Below are positions 37,410 through 47,843 of a stretch of 49,662 bases of DNA, in pieces. Made by a program: the position numbers and the translations under genes. The notes beneath the pieces were generated by a model, which was not told the origin of the DNA, made no database searches, and saw nothing but the letters and a program-made list of their open reading frames with translations. The stretch spans positions 1 to 49,662 of the forward strand of contig MQRK01250363.1 of NCBI GenBank assembly GCA_001938485.1, given 5' to 3'. Positions within the stretch are counted from its first letter, which is position 1; each line of letters starts with the position of its first letter. The stretch is from Girardia tigrina (taxonomy: Eukaryota).

Positions 37410-40400
37410 TGTTGCGGTCTGTGAGGAATATTTTAAATTTGGTATGTTGAAATTGGTTTGTTGAATTTTGTATGTTGAGTTTAGTATTTGGAAATGTGTT
37501 TCTCCCACCCAGATGGAAAATTGATATTTTAGANNNNNNNNNNNNNNNNNNNNNNNNNNNNNNNNNNNNNNNNNNNNNNNNNNNNNNNNNNNNNNNNNNN
37601 NNNNNNNNNNNNNNNNNNNNNNNNNNNNNNNNNNNNNNNNNNNNNNNNNNNNNNNNNNNNNNNNNNNNNNNNNNNNNNNNNNNNNNNNNNNNNNNNNNNN
37701 NNNNNNNNNNNNNNNNNNNNNNNNNNNNNNNNNNNNNNNNNNNNNNNNNNNNNNNNNNNNNNNNNNNNNNNNNNNNNNNNNNNNNNNNNNNNNNNNNNNN
37801 NNNNNNNNNNNNNNNNNNNNNNNNNNNNNNNNNNNNNNNNNNNNNNNNNNNNNNNNNNNNNNNNNNNNNNNNNNNNNNNNNNNNNNNNNNNNNNNNNNNN
37901 NNNNNNNNNNNNNNNNNNNAAATTATCAATTTAGAACGATGTCGAATGACGAGAGTTTCGCTGAGAGTTGTCCAAAAGACAATTCTGATTGTAATGAAAA
38001 TAAAAGTTTGAAAAGCCATGTTGGTGTTCTTAATACGGTCCAATGCCAGTTTAAATATTAACCATAAAACAATAAGACCGCAAGTTCGAATATTAACCAT
38101 AAAACAATTAATAAAAAGAGAAGAGACGAAGACTGTAAAAGACAATACATATATTTGAACCTGTGAAATTAAAGTGAGAGAACCGAGTCCGGAACAATCC
38201 CGATCAACCCGCATTTGGTGTTGAATATCGTGTTGAAACTGAGAACGAAATATAGAGGAAACAGATAAACGGAATACCAATCACCCGATAAAAGAAACCA
38301 AACCATCATCCCACCTCAGATGGAATGAGAGGAAAGACACTCCTGAGAATAACCAGTAATCCACAAAAGTATTCAGAAAAGAGCTAAAGACCCTGAAAGA
38401 GAAATAATTAAATAACGACGAACCAAAAATGGACAAAGTAACCCCCAAGACGATCCGTTGTAGTTAGAAGGTCAACCGACCCTCCTCGCATAGCCCCTTG
38501 TGAGGCCGATCCTTGAACGAGATCCACGAGATTCGGATGCACTCCCCGGAGAAGTTATTACCCTGTAAAGAATTAGAGATAAATTAAAAAGAACAAAGAT
38601 TAATTAAAAAACTTACCATGAATCAACAGCCGATCTAATAATAGATATCACCCGACAATTTTACTTGAGTCATCGGTGACGCGGCCGCACACGAATTCCA
38701 AAATTTGAAAGTGTGTCACAACACACCGACGAGAAATCTATAGTAAAATAAAAAATTTTCAAAAATTCAAAAAATAATTTCAAAGCACACCTACCCGGAT
38801 TGTCCAACCAGCATCAGAAGAAACCCAGACAGTGGGTTGGCGCAAGGCGATTGGCTGGAGAAAACCGACAGGGTTGTACCACCCAGGTATAAAAAGCAGA
38901 ATATTTTAAAGAAGATCGACACTCGCATAATTTGTATAATTTGAATATTTTCGAAGAACAATTTGCACATTTTGAACGTTATTGAGAAATTTTGAGACGA
39001 CACTGAAAAGTTACTTATTTCGACAACAGAAACTAGACGACGACGAGAAATCCAAAAGTCCGACGCAAAAGCGAAACGAGAATAGACGTGTGATAACCCG
39101 ACAGACGATTAATTAGAGCCGACGTTAGCGGATCACGAGCGAATCTAAAGTGACTCACGAACGTTCCTCCGATTTCGATTTTATTCTTGGCCGAAAGATT
39201 AATTATAAATGTAAAATTTTGATTTGTGTTAATAGATTGAATATAAGTATTAAAAATAATTTTGTTAATTATGAATTTTAGTTATTATTATTAGCTATTT
39301 GACAAAATTTTAGAACTTTTCACCTTTCCCACTCTTAGAGGTAGTTAGCGCCCGTCGTTGTCACCGCCGTCTTTCGCTATTGATTTCCCGAACTGATTTA
39401 CGATTGATTGGACCGTTGGAGATAGAGAGTGACCACTCGGTCCCCATAATTATCGACCTGATGTCGATACCCCTCGAAGTCTTTATCGGGGTCGATCGGA
39501 CGAGTCGATTCGCGCTGATATGGAGCCGCGAGCTCATTTCTATCCATCAAGATAGCGGCATGTTTTAAAAGAAATTCGTTTCATCAAGAAATATTGCTGA
39601 AAGTTCACGATGATTCGAATATGCAGATCAACCCTGAAGAGCAAATTGACGCGTTAAAACAAATGAGATTTGCAAATAACTGCTTTTATTTACATTATGA
39701 TTCTATGATTCTGAGAGTAATTTAATATCGCATGATGATTTTAGTTAAGTATGAATAATTCGATTGTAGCTAGGCGGTAACGATCCCCGTAAATAATTCG
39801 ATGGTTAGGAACGATTTCAATAATTTTAAGTCGTCCTAGTTTTACTATCCATATATGTCATTTTCATTATAACTGATCGCCTCAGAGTGATATTTAACTG
39901 ACGAGTTCATTTAAAAAATTGAGTTAGTGAGTATAATGGTTATTACCGAGTTAAATCGAATTGAGAAAGAATAGTTAACGAGGGTAATTTAGACATAAGT
40001 ATCTTATCTACTTGATTATAACCATTTAAATGCGATTGGGCGGTTCGTTTAAGATGATTAGTGACAGTATATTCCGATTGTAAAGCGATCATTATATGGA
40101 TGACTTGAATGATATTAACGATTTTAATGAATTAGCTTACTTATAATCTTACGTTTCTTTATATTTGGTTCATAAGTGAATTTTTCACGGTTTAATAATT
40201 TTTGATGATTTTAATGATATTTATGGTTTTAACGATTTAATAAATTCTGACTTTGCGAGTAATTTTACAATGAAAGTGTATAATGAAAGTAAGCGGTTTA
40301 CAAATAAGTCTAAGAAAGCCCGCTGAGACAATATTGGATTGAATTAAGTTGAAACTGATCCTTATAAATCTTGTTAATGTTAACCGAATTAGTATGAATA

Positions 40401-41028
40401 AAAGCATAATACAGATAAAGTAGGGATAATTAAAACTGCTGTCGACTGCCGATTCTTTAATGTTGTGACGGTAATATTTAGCGTTTTAGTATTTGAACAA
40501 TGATTTCCGATGAGATGACATAGTGACAATATAAATTCTGACAATTTTACTTGGCGATATTACATAATACAATGGATTTACTATGTGATACCTTCATTCA
40601 GATAAATGATAGGATCGCGGATGAAGAGTACAGTGCCACAAGTTACTAAAACATAGAACACCGAGCCTTAAGTTTGATAATGTACATAACAATGCAGTAA
40701 GTTCGCATTCACACATAACAGCGCAACAAGCTTCCTTATATTGCATATAGAACATAGACGCGAGCGACAATAAAGATAATAGATATATCATCCCCGAGCG
40801 ACGCTTTGCTAGGTGGGAGGCCCATAGCCCATCCCGTCTTTATCAGAACCTGAAGGTCTTTCAAACTCGGCACTGCCAGGCAGATGTCGAGCGAGAAGAG
40901 ACGTCCGACCCATGATATAGATAGATACAAGTGAATATCAATATAGACGTTGGGTTGTGGCTGACCCTAAATAGCCACTGGGGGCTCAAGAGCTTTCAAA
41001 AATGTTTGTGCTCAGAAGGGTCGCGACA
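37410..41028 (+). mobile_element. Solo LTR F (~3.6 kb including gap), TSD AATG
   Basis: TGTTGCGGTC...GGGTCGCGACA with a perfect AATG duplication. 38560-38900 and 40790-41028 are homologous to unit D. TATAAAAA at 38888. Confidence 0.88.
37534..37919. other. Assembly gap
   Basis: Run of N. Confidence 0.99.
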
Positions 41029-42413
41029 AATGAAATTGTTGTGGCTATAATGCGTAAACATCAAATAAATGGAACTAAAAATTAAATCACCACTAAATTA
41101 ACTACAAATTACATATCAAATTAAATAATAGATAAATAATTAAAATAAATAATAATTTAACATTACTTTTAACTATTAAATAAACTATTAAAGAAAAGAA
41201 AATCACATTCACGAAATAGAGAGTCGAGAATAGATGTTAAATATTATTACATTTGTTACGATTGAAAACCGTACCTTCACTACCGATTTCTAGAAATAAC
41301 CCAGAAAACATGAACATGCACTTCCACACACGTCACAAACAATAACAACATCCCGATAACAAAACGCATAAAACCCGTTACAAATAAAATCCTTTATTAA
41401 ACGATAAAAAATCAAAAAATCTTTAGTTGATAAAGTTAATAACAAGTGTTGACCATATCCCGAGGAAATTGAAGCCTCAGAGAACTTATCTGCGCACGCT
41501 CAACTGTGTGGAGGAAACCATATCCAGGATCAGAAAGATCATGAAAAACAAAACAAAATTCGTAGTTAATTATTTTTAAAATTATTTACCAAAATAATTT
41601 CCAAAAATAAATTTTGGAAAATCGAGTTGAATCATCCGTTAGTCAGCAACCGCAAGATTTTCCGATAGTTCTGTAATGACCAAAGAATGGTTTTATGTCA
41701 TCACAATACATCCTGCAATAAGATAATCAATTAGTTAACAAGCTGCGCGTATTTACCTGAGCCGCCCGTATTGTCAGTGAAATTCATAGACTGATGATAC
41801 CACAAGAAGAAATTAATCACATTTACTGAAATTATTTGATAGAAATTACCTATTCAACGTCACCGGGTGAGAGAGAAATCAATAAATCCAGATGAATTGG
41901 TGGCTTACACCGACCAATCAGGCGTTGCCGTAATAGAAATGGTGCCATTTGCAGACACCCCCTTACAGAATGACCGAGAGTCTCGGTCTTTACACAGAAT
42001 AAAACAATTATAAATATTAGAGTGATTTCACTGTGAAAACCATCAGTTATTACACACATTCGTTACACACATCTCTTAGTAAGTAACTTGTTGGGAGCGT
42101 TCATAAAATATAAAATTTTTGAATCTTATCAAATTATTAAATAAACAATTAAATTCCGTAAAATATTGTTATAAATATGTTAAAATAAGATTTTCAGAAA
42201 TTTCATGTAAAAATCAATTTAAGTAAGAAATAAAATAAATTTTACGGTAGGGTTATTAAAAGATTTATGTAAATATTTATTATAAACTAAAAAAAAGTTA
42301 ATTTCAAATTTGATGAAAATATTTAATTGTAATAAAATAAAAAGTTTGATATTTTATTTGCGAAATAACAGTAAACTAAACTATTTTTGTAACTTTTAAA
42401 TCAAAGTAGATTA

Positions 42414-42645
42414 AAAATGTAATTATAATTTTCTTTTGGAAATGATAATTGGAATTAAAAAAATAGTAATCGTAAAACAAATAAATCGACTTAATTGAAA
42501 AATATGATTTTAATTTTATTTTGGAAAATGTAATTATAATTTTATTTTTGGAAATGGTAATTGAAATTAAAAAAAATAATTGTAGAACCATTAAATCGAC
42601 TTAAATGAAAAATGCGATTTTAATTTTATTTTGGAAAATGTAATT
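42414..42645. repeat. AT-rich tandem repeat, ~110-bp period, ~2.1 copies
   Basis: aaaatgtaatta recurs at ~42414, ~42525 and ~42635 with aligned taaatcgacttaa cores. Confidence 0.8.
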
Positions 42646-45600
42646 AAGAAACAGGTAAATTTAAATGTACCATAAAATTGAAAAACTAATAAAAGACGCA
42701 ACAAAATCTTTGTGACAATTTTAATTCACTATAATTTTTTATTAAAAAAATATGGAATTTTAATTTGTAAAAAAATATACTAACCATATTTTTATTTATA
42801 TCTATTTTTATTTATAATGGTTATGTAAAAAGAAAGTGCAAAAGTTCCTCAAAAAAATATTTGTTTAAAAAATTCAAATTGTTATAGAAATAAATTTTTG
42901 TGTTCATGATAATGTCTTTTGAGCAAGAACCCAATATAACTTTATACTGCAAAGTTCACACGCACAACTTTACAAACGTTCCCATACATTAACATATTGC
43001 ATTAGTTTACCACACTCGAATCCAGTTACCATTTCTTAATTTTTCTTTGAACGGAAATCGCTATATAAATTCGAAGGTACGGTTCTATTGTGATTATATT
43101 ATTTTATAATTATGTTGGGTATTCAAAATATTCAAATTTTATTATGAATCTTTTAATCGCAACTTTATATCTGAATCCAATAATTCAGTAGCCTCTTCCA
43201 AAACAAATATATGAATAAGTAAACACAATTTCTTTATTTAAACTTTATTTATAAATAACAAAAATTAACATGTAGAATTATAATAATAATTCAATTCTTT
43301 AATGACAGAACACAAACACAAATCAGTATTTCGTGTGATTTAACAGGTTTAAGCAAAAACTGTGAATCTCCAAAACGAACGATAATTTGTTTATTAATTA
43401 AAACATTTTTCTCCCATACTTATAGTTTTAAAAAGATAAAGTACAGAAATAATATTAACTTGTGCAAATTTTCTTTCTGCCTGTTGTAAAGAGAACTTTT
43501 TTGGGCAAACTAAAATGGAATTCGCTGCTATTTATATAGTAGTTTTTATCAGCCTTGAAAATTGATCAAATAAAACAAACACTAAATTATTTATAATTTT
43601 TAATTCCAAATTTTGTTAAACTAAATATTATTTTGTCTGACATTAATAATTTTACTAAAAGAATTATTTTAAATTTTTTCTACATAAAATTTTGATAAAA
43701 AATGTTCATGCCTTTTTTGAAACCCTAACAAATCTCAACTATATCGTCCTAGATATTTAGATTACAATGAAAGGCATTTATCGTGTTTAGTGGGATACTA
43801 TATTAATTATAATAATACTTATAAAGAAGAATGATATTCTGTCAATGATCAGAGTAATAATAGTAAAACTAATAAGAATAATAATAATAGTAGTAGTAAT
43901 TGTTGACGCATGGCTTGACATTTTGTCCTGGGCCCATGATTTTTTCTGTTCCTTCATATATAATAACGATGGAAGGTATTCCAGTGAGTGAAATTGTATT
44001 TGGAGAATCAGTCCCGTTATTTTATCGCGAAGAAGTTTTGTATTTGGCTTAGTTATCCTGCGGATTTTCTGAACATTAAGTTAGTCTTCATAAATTTATT
44101 TACATTAAAAATCATATTAAAATTTCAATATTTAAATTATAAATTTTGTATTCAATTATTATATTAACCTAATAATTTTTATAAATTTAAAATAAAGTGT
44201 GACATAATTGATACCATAATTTGGCATTATACACGTAGGAAATATTCTACATTTTTGAGAAAAACCTTTGTAATTGTATATATATATATATATATATAAT
44301 ATTTTTTATTAAAAATCATCTTAGTCTTGTGTTGTCATTATCAAAAAGATTATTTTAAAGTTCTCATTTACGTCGAAGATTTCAACATTGACTTAATAAA
44401 CTGAGTTTAGGTTGAATTCTTATAAATTTAATTATAAAGTTGTGATCGCAGATACTAAATCTTCTTTTGTTAAATCAATTTTCGGGATAGTTTTAGTCGA
44501 AATTTAATATACTAAATATACGAAATTTAATATCCCGATTTAACATAAAATAGAATATATATATTTACAAAGAATTGAATGAAAAAGGAAAACGAAACAT
44601 TTTTTGTCGTGAAAGTCAATTATATTTGAATGGTATGATTGCTATTTGTTAATTTGTTTGTCAATTTAATTCTGCGTTAAGGTTTAAAGTGTAAATAAAA
44701 AACATTTGAATTTTTGATGAATAAATATTTACGAAATGAATCTGAAAACTGCTCTAGAAATTAAGAAGAAAAAAGTGAAGCTGGTAGCTTATGTTAGTTT
44801 TGATATTGTTAGATGAGCTCTGTTTTAATTTATAATACAGACCATTGATCACAGCTGTTAGAACAGAAGGTATTTTATCCTTCTTTGTTGAATCACATTA
44901 TGGAAAGTGATCTCAGTGGTCTAACTCGCGATTCTGTTATATTTATTTTATTAAATAGAAGCCAATCCTAACTCGGTTTATTAACTCGGAATTAATTAAT
45001 TGTTAATTTGTTATCAATTTATGGAAATTTTTCGAGTTTTATAAATATATATTTAATATAAATAACAATTAACAAATTCGATTTCAAACTTTATAAAAAT
45101 TATAACTGTTGAGGTATTTAAATTGTATAAATAATATAAGTATTTAAAAAATAATTTTTGTTTAATTAATGAATAAAATAAAACTTTATTTATTCTTTTA
45201 CAATATTAAATATAAATTATATATAAAATAAATAAAGCTTTTAATTAATAAATAAATTCGATTAATATTAAAAAATGGATTATAAAAAGCAGGTGATAAA
45301 TTTTTAAGAGAACAACAATTTTCAAGAAGTTCAATATTCTAGAAATTTCTTCAATTGTTTGAGAAAACCTTAGTATAAGTTTTGCAAAGAAAGAAAACCA
45401 CTTGTGTATTTTTTTAAAAGGAAGAAGATCACCTGCGTGCTTAAGAAAATTAAATATAAAAATCAGTTCAAATCATAACACAAAAAAAAGAGAAAAACAA
45501 AAAACAAAAAGGCGAAATTACTAAGGTGCGAAGTCTAAATATATCTATATATTTTTAATAATATATTTTTATATAAGTAAAATCATTTTGGGGTAAACAA

Positions 45601-45931
45601 AATATTGCTTCCCCAGCTACCCAATTTCTAAAATCATTAAATAAGTTAAGCTCTTGAAATTATTTCGATTATGTTTGTACAGTGTGCATAATAAATAAAT
45701 ATTTTTGAAAATATATTCTTATTTATTAACTTTTTTTGATAAAGATCACCCGATATCCCAACTTAACAATATCCCTAAGTAAATTGTACTCATTAGTTGG
45801 CTTTAAACTCGTTTTAAAACCACAATCTCAATTTGGTAAATAAGGATTATTAATTTAATATACTTAAATAAGATTTTAAAATAATATTTAATAATTAAAT
45901 TTTTATCGAAGTTTTATCGAAGTTTTACTTT

Positions 45932-47496
45932 TGTTACGGCCCATGTAGTAAAGATCAAAAATGACCCCTTCATCCATTCATTGTCCGACGAGCACTAAAG
46001 TTAGTTAGTGTGGGTGATAGTCAAACTCGACTATCCCCAGTTAGTTGTAGACGCGCGCCAAACTCCGGTTAAGATGAGGAGTCTTTCTAAAATAAAAAAT
46101 TAAAATTAAAATTTTAATTAATTTAATTAATATTAAATTGAATTGACATTTGAAATTTGGATTTCAAATCCAGATACCGTTTATCCACGAACATCCTGCG
46201 TGAATTTAATAAATATACGAACAATAAACAAAGAAAAATTACATCGTGTTCATGTTGATCACGCACATCCTGCGTGACCACGAACATCCTGCGTGGATGA
46301 TCGTCACCGGTGAATATCGGACGAATTGTGTTTATTTTGATGGCACATCCGTAGAGTATATAAAACAAAACAACGACACTCAACGATGTAGTTTTTATTT
46401 TGCACAATTTATTTTACACAATTTAATTCGCGCCATTTAATTTTGCACAATTTAATTTGCACAACTTAATTTGAGAAATTTGATTTGGGAAGAATTTTAA
46501 GGTATACATTTACGGTTATATAATTTTATTTTATTATTCTGATTATACATTTTATTATTATGATTACTTGTTTTGTTATATGATTACCTCCTTTATATAT
46601 TTTAATAAAACTTTTCTTAAGTTTAATCGTTTTTTACTCATTATCTAATCAAAATGAAGTTGCAAGCAGAGGTCGAACCGAGATACAACACGGTCCGTCT
46701 CCGAGTCCGAGGGATCGGGTGAGATGGTCCTCGGGCTCTGACACGTGATTGAGTTGTGTCATGTAGATAACTATGTAAATATTAAATAAGTATAAATACT
46801 TTATACAAAAATCTATGTCTAAAAGTGTGAACAATTGTTATAGGAACTCTGATTATGTATAATTTGAATAAGATTTATCTCTTTTATTAATGGAGAACAG
46901 TGTTCATCGAGGCTGTGCCTAGAATGAAAATTTTGAGATATCTTCGAACGAACCGTTGATTTATTCAAGCGTGTATCTTGTAGTTTATCATAGAATTATC
47001 ATAGATTTCGGTCGAAGTTTAGAGATTGAGTTTTCAATATTGTAATAGTCGTTTATTTACTGATTATATATTTCGTTATTAATTATAACTCCTCAGTGTC
47101 ATAAACGAGGTTTTAATAAAACAATATTTATAATTGAAAATCCTAACGCATAGTGTATGAAATTAGAAAAGACGGAAAAATAAACGAAAAATTTGTAAAT
47201 TGAAATGCAGTTGATGAAAAATGTAGAAGAGATGTAAAGGAAGCTTTAAGAAAAGATATTGTTAAGATGCAAGTATAATAATATAACTAAGATTAAACAG
47301 AAATAGGTAAAACGAAATGTATATCTTACAACCAAGTTTAGCTCTTTCGACCGACTCCTGTATAAATAAAAATAAATAAATTTACAAGTAAACCATTAAT
47401 TATGAAGGATAAATTGTTTGCCTTAAATAAGCACAGCAACATTTTTTACTGGACACCGGAGTAATTGAGAACCACGTATTTAGTGACGGCATCACA
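45932..47496 (+). mobile_element. Large LTR-like unit G (right end uncertain)
   Basis: Starts TGTTACGG, carries the conserved hairpin (46012-46038) and TATATAAAA (46357). Candidate end ggcatcaca at 47496 has no matching TSD. Confidence 0.55.
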
Positions 47497-47843
47497 ATCA
47501 TAAAAATAAAAATTTATTCATTCTTTTCGTTCCGCACAGTTTCTCCAATTATAATTTTATTAATAAATTACAAAAGAAGATAAGCTTTAGATGTAATAAT
47601 ATATTTAAATACAATAATATGAACAAAGATATACCACGTCAAAGTTACAAATGTTGGGGTTCCGAAAAATATAAATTTAATTTTTAAATCCAATAAAAAA
47701 AATTTAAAATAATTCGCTGGTTAAAATTCATAATTTTTTTGATTATTATAATAGTATTTTAATAAAATTTATTAATATTTGTAAATATTTTGAGAATTGT
47801 TTTAGTTTTTCAATTTTCAAGGTTAGGAAAAATTAGTATATAA

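Noticed and set aside
37366-38280. 304-aa and 179-aa ORFs in the track
   Set aside because: Their length is created by the N gap.
44737-44960. Plus-strand exon-like stretch MNLKTALEIKKKKVKL with GT...CAG
   Set aside because: The spliced frame stops after six codons, and no homology is recognisable.
46186-46470. Short repeats as a CRISPR-like array
   Set aside because: Irregular spacing (2 and 57 nt), only three copies, eukaryotic LTR promoter context, no cas genes.
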